From Octopus vulgaris (taxonomy: Eukaryota), in assembly GCA_951406725.2 (NCBI GenBank), contig OX597837.1:22382001-22446000 (forward strand): a stretch of DNA of 64,000 nt, in the 5' to 3' direction. Shown one piece after another: positions 1-38,597 of the stretch. The notes under the pieces were generated by a model. The model did not search any database. It was not told the DNA's origin and saw only the letters and a program-made list of their open reading frames with translations. The number at the start of each line of letters is the position of its first letter. The first letter of the stretch is position 1. Position numbers and translations under genes: made by a program.

Positions 1-342
1 TGGGGATGAGGAAGCAGCCAGCATCTGTAAAAATTGGGTCAAGAGTTGGGGAAGTAGTGTGATGCCAAGGAGATTGCAAAGGGGGAGGTAGTAATTACAA
101 CAGATGACAAGACATATATATATATATGTATGTATGTGTGTATATATACACACATGCACGTATACATATATACATCATGTATATACACTCACACACACAC
201 ACATATAAACAGACATAGCTCTGTAATTAAGACACTTGCTTTGCAACTACATGGTTTCTGGTTCAATCCCACCATGTGACACCTTGGGTAAGTAACCAAT
301 GCCTTGTAAGTGAAACTCAAAATGTTTGTGTGTGTGTGTATA

Positions 343-380
<38 letters not shown>

Positions 381-579
381 TACAATGGTTGTGTGTGTGT
401 GTATCTCTGTGTTTGTTCCCTAACACCACTTGACAACCAGTTTGCATTTATCTGTCTCAATAACCTAGCTTTTCAGCAAGAGACCAATAGAATAAGTAGG
501 CAACTAAAAAAATAAATGCTGGGGTCAATTTCTTTAACTAGACCCTTGAAGGTGATGCCCAAGCATGGCTAATACAAGG

Positions 580-921
580 AACCAGACAAAAATTGCTGCA
601 GCTCGGCTGGGATGTGTTACCCCACCCTCCATATTCACCAGATATTGCCCCTTCGGATTTCCACTTATTCAGGTCTCTGCAGAATAGTCTTAATGGTAAA
701 AATTTCAATTCCTTGAATGATGCAAAAAGATACCTTGATGAATTCTTTGCCATGAAACCACCTCAATTCTGGGAAAAGGGTATTTTCAAGTTAAAGGATA
801 GATGGAGATGCATTGTGCAACAAAATGGTTTATATTTGGTTGATTAAAATGTAATGGCAAGTATTTATTGACCTTTTTCTTTCCTTTAAAAATCAGCACA
901 AACTTTCCGGCCAACCCAATA
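580..921 (+). mobile_element. Mariner transposon 3' fragment (transposase C-terminus plus right TIR)
   Basis: ORF 593..847 has LPHPPYSPDIAPSDFHLF and GIFKLKDRW; it is followed by ...aactttccggccaacccaa-TA. Confidence 0.92.
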
Positions 922-1084
922 CATCCAGATACCTCTTCCTGTGCTAACCCTCACTTGTCTTCTAGCAAGCTAATATTTCCCAATGACTGGACATGTTTAC
1001 ATTGAATTCTAGAGCAAATGACACTACTTGCATGATTGATGACACTCAAAACTATCACATGATGTCAAAACAAGGAGACACAAA

Positions 1085-1120
<36 letters not shown>

Positions 1121-1434
1121 CAATGAGCTTCTTTCTATCAAGGAATCCACTCCTAAGGTTTTAATCAGCCCAGGATTATATATATATAGTAGAAGACACT
1201 TGCCCAAGGTGTCATACACTGGGACTGAACCCAAAACCATGTAGTCAGGAAACAAGCTTCTTAACCACACAGATATGCCTGCACCTCTACCCAATGTATA
1301 TGCATATTGTTGATGTATGCCACCATCATATTAATATTACATATGTATGTGTATACATAGACATCTAATATATTTTACACACAAATATATGTATCTATAT
1401 AATGTACATATATATTTATGCATCCATGTGTACA

Positions 1435-1469
<35 letters not shown>

Positions 1470-2023
1470 ATATAATTCTTTGTTCTACAGGTTTGTACAA
1501 TGAAAAGAGTCTAAAATATGCTAAAGGTAAGAATCAAACCTGAATACGCAATCAAAATATTCATTGTTTTGTGCTTACATGCTTAGATCAAAGTCACACC
1601 AAGTCTAGCTTCTGTGAACAGTGTTTCCTTCTTTTAATGGCAACTTGGTACAGATTGGAGGTAAACAGTTGAAGGAAGACCCATAGAAGGAAAAGCAGTT
1701 GTGATTTCAATACAGGATGGCACACGGTTCAGTAAAGCCTTTCTCATATAATTACTCACAGTGGTAGTAAAGGTTCTATTGCAGTTACTGCTAAGGTAAA
1801 TGCCATTGATACTCATTTGTGATAACATAATGTCACTTAGTATGTGTATATGTATGTACACCCCCCACCATAATACGTATATATTCATGTGTGTCTATGT
1901 ATACATGTATATATGTGTATATGCATGTGTGTGTGTATATATATATACATACATATATATATATATACACACACACACACATATGTGTATATGCATGTGT
2001 GTGTATGTATACACACACACATA

Positions 2024-2055
<32 letters not shown>

Positions 2056-2731
2056 CACCTTTTCCTGGTACTCTGTCAGTTACTATAATGAATGTTCTAG
2101 TTGATACGATCAATGGAACAGCCTGCTCATGAAATTAACATGCAAGTGGCTGAGCATGGCTGAGTACTCCTCAGACATGCATATCCCTTAACATAGTTCT
2201 AAAGGAGATTTAGCTTGACAAAAAAATGTGACAAGGCTGACCCTTTTGAATTATAACTCATTTTTGGTAGCTGAATGGACTGGAGCAACATGAAGTAAAG
2301 TGTCTTGCTTAAAGACACAATGTGTTGCCAGAAACTAAACTAAAACCTTATGACTTTGAGCCGAATACCTTAACCACTAAATCATATGCCTTTACAATAT
2401 ATATACAAAAATATATGCACATCTATAGATACACACACACAAACAATTGTGTACCTGTATTTAAGAAATGCACCTACATATATAAATTTATAGAAATATA
2501 CCTATATATGCCTGAAAACGATTTATATATATATATATATATACACAGAGGTAATCAAACATAAAGCATAAGAAAAACAGGTGTAAAAAAAATTTTAAAA
2601 ATGGACAAAAGTGGAATACAAAACGTAAATGGTAGAATGTATAAGTTTTGCCATGTGGGGTATTGAACAGTGGTATGTGTGTATTTGTATGTATATATAA
2701 ATAAAATGTATATACACATATTCTATTAACC

Positions 2732-2929
2732 CATTGGTTCTCAAATGGGGTCCCTATAAGATTTTGTTCATAAAATTTATTGGTATTAAATTGGTTACAC
2801 TTCTACAATTCCTAATAATATTTAATTATAAAAATAGGATTTTTTAAACACTGAATAGCTATGAGTGTCCACCTGAGTGAAATAAGGATCAAAGGGACCC
2901 CATAAGCAAAAAATGGTTGAGAACCACTG
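2732..2929. mobile_element. hAT-like MITE (cagtggttctcaa-type TIRs); related copies at about 42015-42344, 48730-49000 and 55113-55553
   Basis: Short TIRs cattggttctcaa...ttgagaaccactg and a shared internal sequence among copies. Confidence 0.7.
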
Positions 2930-3235
2930 TATTACCTTTAGCATGCTGTAGGCACATCCTGTCACCATATAAGTTTTCTCCCCCTCTCTGTGACAATGCA
3001 CCAGCAGCTACAGGAGAGAAAACTCATACAGAGATATGATGTGCCTAAGCATGCTAAAGGTTAAATCGACTGTCCAAGTGAATATCCTCAATACAGACTA
3101 AACACGACTTCACTTCTCAGAAATCCAACCTAGCTTTTTAAAGACATCATCTTCCATAACGTATACATAGATAAATAGATACATACAATATCATTTACAG
3201 ACTGATATATGTATACATATATATGAGGTTAAAGT

Positions 3236-3586
3236 CCTCAGGCTCTTCTTCCATAGGGTCCTAACAGAAGCAGTTGTCATTAGACTTTGGGACCAGATTT
3301 TTAAATGTAGCCAACCAAAACTATGTATATAATCCAGACCTCTTATTCTTGGTCTACTGCTGGTTGGTTCAGCTTGAAGAATCTATCTTGAGATTCTTTC
3401 CTGTGACATTCTAATTGCATGTCTGTAATACCAGAGCTGTGAACCCTCAATGTAGAAAAGTAGTGGCTTGACCTGAAGAGAATCCTTCATCTCTTAGCTT
3501 TGCAGCCTGTCTACCAGCATCACACCCATATTTGTGATTGTATTCTTTCGGTCATTACCCAACATTCATGACCATAGATGAGGATG
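3236..3586 (-). mobile_element. Decayed RTE-clade LINE 3' fragment
   Basis: The minus strand near 3585-3540 reads ILIYGHECWVMTERIQ, typical of the RTE ORF downstream of the RT domain; many frameshifts. Confidence 0.7.
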
Positions 3587-3775
3587 TATATGTGTTTACA
3601 TCTATCTATAAGTGTGTGTTACATACACACACATTATATATATATAAATTCAGGGTGAATACTTGATAAATGTAAGCGCCTGTATATGTCGGTTTACCTA
3701 CCATTATAAACAATACCAAATGTTTTTTCTCAAACCTTTCATAATGTGATACAAGTCTTTGGTGTAGAAATTGCA

Positions 3776-3869
3776 TGCAGCTGAAGAAGGCTTTAAACTA
3801 TCTGTTATGTCGATTATGCATTGATGTAAGAATAAGTTGTTCTATAAAGCTCAAAACATATGTACCGCA
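3776..3869 (+). ncRNA. Decayed type I hammerhead-like motif with extended stem II
   Basis: UGCAG CUGAAGA A GGCUUUA...UAAAGCU C AAA ACAUAUGU A CCGCA; palindromic stem III; GAAA changed to AAAA at a CpG. Confidence 0.5.
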
Positions 3870-3902
3870 ACATCCTTTGTGTCCTGTTTTTCATTTATTT
3901 CA

Positions 3903-3934
<32 letters not shown>

Positions 3935-5603
3935 CAAGTAAAAAAGCACACAAAAATATACCAGATAATATCCCTATGCATTTGCATCACAGAAACAAGT
4001 TTTTCTTAACCCTTTAGCATTTAAACCGACCATACCCAGCCCAAAATTTTCTACTTGCTTGATGCTCAGATTGGCCAGATCTGGCCTCTCATACCGACAT
4101 AACAATGCCATTGTAAAAAATCAACAATCACATCATTGAAATCTCAGAGCTCCAATACAATGCATGATTAATTCAAGACAATGTGAATATATATAAGTAT
4201 TACATTTGACAGAGTAGTTCTACCTGCTCAAGAAAATTATGGTCTTCCCAAATGTGCAATACTGCTTCCAGCCATAATTATATATATATATATATGATAC
4301 TAGCAAGAAGACATGAACTGCGAATTTCTATTTAATAAAGGATCTTTAACAAATGGTATTTCATATTTTGCTAACATGCATAATTGGTATGGTCTGTTAT
4401 GGTTGTGTGGTGTAGCTCTTGATAAGATCTTATATGAAGTGTAAAACTAGATATCATTATTCAGCTGCTAAATGCATGCTTAGCATAAAGAGCTGACTTT
4501 CTTTGCCGTGTCTACACAAAAAGTTGAATGTGTCATATCCGTCTTTTCAAATACATTTCATGCAAGCCTTGTATGATGTAAAAAAAAAAAAAGCACAAGT
4601 CAGTTTCCACAGTGGTCTCATGAGTTCTTTGGCACTGCCCTTTGAGAAGAAATAGGTCTTTGTCAAACAGGCTGACCACAAATTGTTATGGTGACTATTT
4701 TTCAGTTTGTATTTGATGAAGCACAACTGTGTATGGTATAGCACAAAATTTTGATTTTACCTTTATGTTCATTATACATATGAAGAATATACAGGTCTAG
4801 TTATATTTATTTCTTTATTGGTGTAAAAATATACATAAATATGTAAATTATGCATATAAATATAAATTATTTGCATGGCTGTTTGTATGTTTCTATACAT
4901 CTTTTACATGTTTCAATTTCTGAACTGCAGCCATGCTGGGGCACTGCCTCGAAAGGTTTTAGTTGAATGAATTGACCCAGTACTTACTTTTTAAAGCCTG
5001 GTACTTATTCTATCAGTTTCTTTTGCCAAGCCACTAAGTCAAAGGGACGTAAACAAACCAACACCAGTTGTCGTTCAGTGGTGGGGGGACAAGCACAAAG
5101 ACACACATGTTGATGCACGCATACACACACAAACATTTATATGAGAAGCTTCTTTCAGTTTCCGTCAACCAAACCCACTCAAAAGTCTTTGGTCGGCCTG
5201 AGGCTATAGTAGAAGACACTTGCCCAAGATATCACACAGTTGGATTGAACCCAGAACCATGTGATTGGGAAGCAAACTTCTTAACACACAGCCACACCTG
5301 CACCTATTTATACTTATTTTATGATTATGATTTTTTTCTTTAACAGAAAAACAAAGCTCAGCTTGTAAAAAGTGACATTATGTTATTAACTGTTAGTATC
5401 AACAACTTTTTCCTTACCACTCAAAGCTTTAGAATGCTGACTAATAACATGATATGCATTCTTCCCAACCTGTTGCTCTCCTATTTGTTTACAACTTCAA
5501 CTTGCTACCTCTAACCTATATCAAATTACTACTAGACATATAGAAAATCTTATCAATGTTTAAAGAAAGCAGCATTGGTAAAATTTAGAAGTAAGCAGTC
5601 TGT

Positions 5604-5635
<32 letters not shown>

Positions 5636-6201
5636 GAAATCAAGACAATTATTGGCATGATATTTATGGATGCACAGAAATGGAAATTATAGCAATAGAG
5701 TAACAATACGTAATGAAACTACTATCACAAGATCTATGGATTTTTAAAAAATTTTTCTCTTATTTTGGGATAATATATAACTTCAAGCAAGATCAAGAGA
5801 AAACTTTTCAACTGTTATCTCTAAGCTCTATGAAACTTCCTTTCACTATATGTACATAGCCCAGCTTTCTTAAGACAAAATACAATGCTATGAGTAACAT
5901 TATATTCAACCTACTGTGCTTCTAATAAGAATAATAACTTTTAATTTTAATGATGATAATATTAGCATGATGATGACGATGATAATAATAACAAATAATA
6001 ATAATAACAACAATAATAATAACAACAATAATCATTATAAGTAAATAAGGTCAGGAATGAAAAATGGATTGAGGGTGATATTTATTCTACCAGCAACTGC
6101 TGAAATTGTAATCTCTCAAACTATAACATAAGTCACACAAGCAAAAATAAGAAAAAAAAATTAAAATATTTCTTTAAATAAGTCAAATGTTAATGACTTA
6201 C

Positions 6202-31523
<25,322 letters not shown>

Positions 31524-31590
31524 CTAAGAGTAAAAGAAATAATGGTTATTTCTTCTTTATTGAATAATAATAATGATAATGATGATGATG

Positions 31591-31627
<37 letters not shown>

Positions 31628-31977
31628 TGATGATGATCTCACATATTGACACAAGGTCAGCAATTTCAGGGATGGGTTTAATTACCAGTATTTCACTGGT
31701 ACATCTTTTTCTATAATAATAATAATCCTTTCTACTATAAGCACAAGACCTGAAATTCGGGGGAGGGGCTAGTTGACTACATCGACTCCCCCCCCCCCTC
31801 CCAGTATGCAACTAGTGCATAACTGGTACTTAGTTTATCGACTCCCAAAAGAATGAAAGGCAAAGTCAACCTCGGAGAAATTTGAACATGATGAATATAG
31901 CGGGAGACAAAATACCGCTAAGTATTTCGCCCAACGTGCTAACAATTTTGCCAGCTCACTGCCGTAATAATAATAAT

Positions 31978-32024
<47 letters not shown>

Positions 32025-32414
32025 CAGAGTTTGATATTTTGAAAAAATTATGAGAATATATCTTTATGCTTATTGTTTACTAATCTAAGTAAGAACAGTA
32101 ACCTGGGCAATACTGGAACATTCTGCTAGTAATAATAATTCATGAACATTGATGTAACTCTTCGTGAAGGTAAATAAATAACCGATAAGAAGAGTGTGGT
32201 AGGATTTGTAATAAACAGAGATTAACTCTGTATATTGAATTGAACAATATTTCAATAGTATATCTATTTTCCTCAAGTTCCTTTTTCATCTTGAACCTGG
32301 GGGAGAAAGACATAATGTTGAAATATTGTACAATTCAATAAACAGAATCAATCTCTGTTTATTACAAGTTATATTGTGCTCTTCTTATTGCTTGATAATA
32401 ATAATAATAATAAT

Positions 32415-32857
32415 TCTGCTCAATACCACAGATTTGCTTGTCAGTTGTTTGACCTTAACCAGTTGAGCATGCCCCTTAGTGGCTGACGATATGTGCATCT
32501 CTGATCACGAGCAGAAGTAGTGGGGGAGCATCATAGCCATGTGTAGAGAGGGATTCTTTGGGATTTGAATAATTCACCTCTGGAAACATGGGTGTTTCGT
32601 TCAACATCCTTAAATAACCCTTATTCAGGGACCTTTTGAGCGGGATGGGTTACTCGATCTGAAGAAAATTCTAGCTGGGCTCCACCTGCAAGGTCATGTG
32701 CTGTTTATCTTGATATGAGATCACCATGTCGCGCACATATGGTTGTGATGCATGTGCCTGGTGTACCCTTATCAGACGGGTAGTCATGATGGGTATATTG
32801 GGCTTCGTATATTTTACCCCAGTGTCACTTTGATGGAATGCACTGCTCTCTCACACA
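32415..32857. mobile_element. About 440 bp GC-richer insertion inside an (AAT)n tract; possibly a non-autonomous R4/Dong-related element
   Basis: Flanked on both sides by (AAT)n, with sharply different composition. The family assignment is inferred from the microsatellite target only. Confidence 0.5.
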
Positions 32858-34080
32858 ATAATAATAATCCTTTCTTTTCTACAATAAGCACAAGGCCTGA
32901 AACTGAGGGAGGGGATGGTCCATTACATCAACCCCAGTACTTGTCTGGTACTTTTTCATTGACCTCCAAAGGATGAAAGGCAAAGTCAACCTTGGTGGAA
33001 TTGGAACTCGGAGTGTAGCAACGGACAACATGCTGCAAAGGATTTCGCCCGACGTGCTAACGGCTCTGCCAACTCGCCACCTAATAATAATCCTTTCTAC
33101 AATAGGCGGAAGGCCTGAAATTTTGGGCGGAGAGGGCTAGTCAATTACATTGACCCTAGTGCTCAACTGGTACTTATTTTATGGGCGCCAAAAAGAAAGG
33201 CAAAGTTGACCTCAGAACCTAAAGAACCAGAAGAAATTCCATCAAGCATTTTGTCTGTTGTGCTAACAATCCCAATGAGCTCACAGCAGTAGTGGTAGCA
33301 ACAATAACAATAATATAATTTGAGGGAGGGGGCAGAGAATGAGGGGTTGCACAGTTTAGATGTAGAGTGCAGGTTTGGTCAGAGGGACCCAGTTGCACAA
33401 TATTGGAAAATGCAAATGTGGCATATGGTAGCCCTTTATTTAACCCTTTAACATTTAAACCAGCCATATCCAGCCAAGGTATTCTACCTGTTTTATACTG
33501 AAACTGACCAGATCCAGCCTGTCACACTTACCCTACAATGTTCTAGAAATAAAGAATCATATCTTTAAAATCTTGAAGGTACAAGACATTATATGGTTAA
33601 TTTTTACAAATGTGGATCCGAATGCTAAAACATTTAAAACAACCATATCCAACTAAAATGTTCTATTTGTTTTATGGTCAAACCAACCAGACCTAACCTC
33701 TCACACCTACCTGATAATGATGTTCTAACAATATACAAACACACCACTGAAATCTTGAAGCTATGAGATACTACGTGGTTAATTTTTAAAATTATGGATA
33801 AATAAGCATTATATTTAATAAATTAATCTAAATGCTAAAAGGTTAAATATACAGTACAGGTATCAAACCTCTTATCCAGCTTCCAGAAATCTAGGAATAC
33901 TTACTGTGCGATATCGTGCAATATACAATACCAGGCATTGAGTAAACAGACCCTGTTTTTGAAGATGGTTAATTTGCATACAGTGTGCAAAAAATAGTCT
34001 TGTTTTTTTTTTTTACTTAAGTGGAGTGATAAAGATTAACCCTTTAGCATTTAAACTGGCCATATCTGGCCAAAATATTC

Positions 34081-34488
34081 TCTCTTTACTCTTTTACTTG
34101 TTTCAGTCATTTGACTGTGGCCATGCTGGAGCACCGCCTTTAGTCGAGCAAATTGACCCCGGGACTTATTCTTTGTAAGCCCAGTACTTATTCTATCGGT
34201 CTCTTTTGCCGAACCGCTAAGTGTTGGGGACGTAAACATACCAGCACCGGTTGTCAAGCAATGCTAGGGGGACAAACACAGACACACAAACATACACACA
34301 CACACATATATACATATATATATACGACAGGCTTCTTTCAGTTTCCGTCTACCAAATCCACTCACAAGGCTTTGGTCGGCCCGGGGCTATAGCAGAAGAC
34401 ACTTGCCCAAGATGCCACGCAGTGGGACTGAACCCGGAACCATGTGGTTGGTTAGCAAGCTACTTACCACACAGCTACTCCTGCGCCT
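34081..34488 (-). mobile_element. tRNA-headed SINE, the dominant family (Octopus OR-like); young copies also at 49710-50093 and 56380-56780, many older ones elsewhere
   Basis: Head ggcgcaggagtRgctgtgtggtaag...gggttcagtccc (A/B boxes), cttgggcaagtgtcttc core and an internal (TG/TA)n; short TSD tattct. Confidence 0.9.
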
Positions 34489-35462
34489 ATTCTACCTATT
34501 TTATATATAAACCAGCCAGATCTGGCCTCTTGTACACATCCTACCATGTCATTCTAATAAGAAACAATCACATAATTAAAATCTTAAAAGCTATGAGATA
34601 GTGCATGATCAATTCAGCGTTTCAGTTGACAGAGTGAAGGCACATGGGCCATTGGTTAGAGTGTTGGACTCACAATCATGAGGTAATGAATTTGATTCCT
34701 GGACCAGGCTGTATGTTGTGTTCTTGAGCAAGACACTTTATTTCAACTTGCAAAGTCACTGGTGCCAAGCTGAATCAGCCTTTGCCTTTCCCTTGGATAA
34801 CAGTGGTAGTGTGGAGGGGCGGGGGCTGGTATGCATGGGTAACTGCTAGTCTCCTATAAACAACTTTGCCTGGATTTGTACCTTGCAGGGGAACTTTCTA
34901 GATACAATCCTATGGTCATTCATGACTGAAGGAGAGGAGGGGGTTTTACCCTTTACCCATGACAGAATAATCTGAAAGCTAAAGGGTTAAACATACTCTG
35001 CTTTAGAAGTGCACCCTTTCGTTACCAACCCGGCTGAAACCGGCTCTGGTTCTTTAGTATAAATGTCTTGTTTTCATAAGTTTTGAATTCATATCTTCCA
35101 CCAAATCTTAGTCACAATTTATGTTCCTAACACTAGCTGAATGATAACTGTTATTTTACTAAATTCTTTGTTATATTTAAAATTATTGGAAGAAACACAG
35201 AGCATCTCAAAATAAATACAGTAACAAAAGGGTTAATTTGGACTTGTAGCTGTCAAATAAAGCCATGTTCTTTACTTTCCTTTGTTTAATTTTCATCTTA
35301 CAGACATTAGAATGTATACTTGATACAGTATGAGATATTTTTAAATATTCTAAGAATTAACAAATATCAAACAAACCCTGCATTAGATGTGTATTAATTT
35401 GCACCTGTTAAATACAATTTCACTCTTACTTTACATAGTTGACTTATATTTTAAGTATGTAT

Positions 35463-35692
35463 TTAACCCTTTCGTTACCAACCCGGCCAAAACCGGCTCT
35501 GGCTCTGTAGTACAAATGTCTTGTTTTCATAAGTTTTGGATTAAAAATATACCACCGAACCTTAGTCGCAATTTATAATCCTAATACTAGCTTAGTGATA
35601 ACTAAGTTATTTTACTAAATTCTTTGTTATATTTAAAATAATTGAAAGAAACACAGAGCATCTCAAAATAAATACAGTAACGAAAGGGTTAA
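35463..35692. mobile_element. Second piggyBac-type MITE family; near-identical copy at 35013-35236
   Basis: TTAA-ccctttcgttac ... gtaacgaaaggg-TTAA. Confidence 0.88.
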
Positions 35693-38300
35693 AGTGTCTC
35701 CAGAAAACCAGAAAATTCAGAAATTTAGGATCCTTCTGGTCCTACCCAAGCTTGCCAAAATAATTGATCTAACATTGCATACCTATCTCTATAATGCTAA
35801 GTAGTGAACCACTTATCTTCCACAATGAAAACTTTAAAAGTAGCAGTAAAATTAAAATTTTCTTTCCAAAATATATTCTTGCTGTAGAACATTTTTTCTC
35901 AAGATCTGAGTTTAAAACCAAGCTTCAATGGCTGGCATTAAGGGCTTAACTATACAACAATTTAAATTGATTAGTAATACATGGAATCAAACTGCCTAAA
36001 CCCTCTAATTTAATTTAGAGTAATTAATTCAAAATTACTTTACTTCGTCTCAGATGGAGTCTGCAAATTCATGTACATGTATTAAAAAATATATAAATTA
36101 ATTGCAGACCCAAATCCGAAATTAAAATTCCATATGTGTAAGTAGGACACAGTTCAACAACCTTGTCAGTACAAATTATTGTTCTTTTCTTCTTTTACTT
36201 GTTTGTCATTTGACAGTGGCCACACTGGAGCACCGTCTTTAAGAGTATTTTTAATCAAAGAAATCAACCCCAGGACTTATTCTTTGTAAGCCTAGTGTCT
36301 ATTTTAACAGTCTCGTTTGCCGAACTGCTAAGTTACGGGGATGTAAACACACTAACATCAATTGTCAAGCAATGATAGGGAGACAAACATAGACACAAAG
36401 ACATACACATACATGTGTGTGTGTGTGTGTGTAGGACAGATTTCCTCAGTTTTTGTCTACCAAATTCACTCACAAGGCATCGGTCAGTCCGAGGCTATAG
36501 TAGAAGACAACTTGCCCAAAGTACCACACAGTGGGGCTGAACCCAGAACCATATGGTTGAGAAGCAAGTTTCTTACCACACAGCCACACCAAACTTGCTT
36601 CCCAACAATATAATCTTAGGTTCAGTCCTACTGCAAGGCATCTTGGGCAAGTGTCTTCTACTATAGCTCTGAGTTGATCGAAGCCTTATGAATGGATTTG
36701 ATAAGTAGAAACTGAAGGGAGTACATGCACACATGCATGTGTGTATGTGTGCCCTTGTCTCAAAATCACGTGATGGTTGTAAATGAGCATCACCATCATA
36801 CAAGCAGGGTTGTTCATTTCCAGTCTTCCATGGAAAACATGTCTGACTATGGAAAAATACTGATTTCAAATTTATAATAAAAGTTGACATCAATTACATT
36901 GACCCTGGTTCTCATCTTATATTTATTTTGTAAACAAATAATGCAATATTACATAAGCATTTTATAATATTTCTCTCTTTTCTGGAAACTAGCAACATAC
37001 CAGCAGCTGATGGCTTGCAGACCGGCACAGGTCCATGGACCACCACTTTGAGTAGCACTGTTCTAAGGTACTGAAATGGATCAGACCCTTTATGGTATTT
37101 GATTTTGTTGTCATATATTTTAAAGGAAATAACAGATTTCTAATATGTTTTTTTTCTTTTTTTTTATTCTGAAGGGCCCTTTATCTACCTTTGTTTGTTA
37201 TATTTCTAGAAATAAGATTTGATCTAATTGCAGCATCATTTTGATTGCATGGGCAGGACAAAATCATGTACGAGATTCTTTACGGCCAAATGTCCTTTTT
37301 GTTGGCAACCCCACTTTTTTTTCCAAGGTTATCAAACTACAGACCTATTTTGAATGGAGAGCTAGAAACAAATGTCACTAGTTGAATAAGCCTTTGTTTA
37401 CAAAGATTGCCCAACATGTTAGGAAACTCAGATCTGCTTTCATGGTGGATTACATACAAGCAAGTGGCATCAGTTACAAACTTGTAAACATGAATAAAAT
37501 ACAAACACACTCACAGTGCTTTGGTTGGCTTAGGGATTCAAAGGTGCCATGCAGTGGGACTGAACCCATAACTATGTGGTTGGAAAGTGAACTTAAAAAC
37601 AATGGAAATTAAATTGTTCTAAGACTATTTTTTTTAATATTGTTATATTTGGGGATGGTCGTATTTTTGCCCAATTAACCACGCATACAATAAACTTAAT
37701 GTTCACTTCACCTTTATTATTATTCTTATTATTTGCGTCCTTTAGAATCTTTCTGTGGTGTTTATCCTTATCTGATAAGGATACACAACACAGAATGAAT
37801 GAACTCAACAAAACAGGAGACACTTGGGATGGAGAGGTTACAGGATGTGTGACAAAAGGTTTCAGAGAAAGGACACTTAAACAAAAATGATAATAAAGTG
37901 GAAGTGAAAACTAATTTATATATAATGCATGTGGTTAAATGGCAAAAATATGACCATCCCTAACTATAACAATATCTGTTTGAACACCCAATTTCACATC
38001 AGGAATCTTGCAAAACAAATATGCAATGTTTTTTTTTTTTTATTACTTAAACTGCAAATTAACTGGATAAAAGCAGAGCTGCTGGGCTACTAATTATCTT
38101 TTCTGGCTCCCCAGAATACTTCAGTAATCTTTCAATTTTACTCATATTATGGAGTGGCTGTGTGGTAAGTAGCTTCCGGGTTCAGTCCCTTACTGCATGG
38201 CATCTTGGGCAAATGTCTTCTGCTATAGCCCCGGGCCGACCAATGCCTTGTGAGTGGATTTGAGGTTACAGATGGAAACTGAGAGAAGCCTGTAAACGTA

Positions 38301-38343
<43 letters not shown>

Positions 38344-38565
38344 GTAAATGTGTGTGTGTTTGTGTGTCAATATGTGTTTGTCCCAATTTCACTAGCATTG
38401 CTTGACAACCGATGCTGGTGTGTTTAAGTCCCCGTCACTTAAACTGCAAATTAACTGGATAAAAGCAGAGTTACTTCTGAATATGCATATTCTGGGCTAC
38501 GAATTATCTCTTTTGGATCCCCAGAATACTTCAGTAATCTTTCAATTTTACTCATATTACGGCAT

Positions 38566-38597
<32 letters not shown>

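Noticed and set aside
1800-2132. Clusters of overlapping Y/I/C/V/H/T-rich ORFs (also at 45501-45962, 51402-51698 and others)
   Set aside because: Dinucleotide microsatellites lack stop codons; not coding.
37741-37800. Minus-strand SDKDKHHRK resembling DOT1L exon 2 (DKHHD)
   Set aside because: No EIxETIR follows and there is no phase-2 donor; the sequence is the arm of a palindrome.
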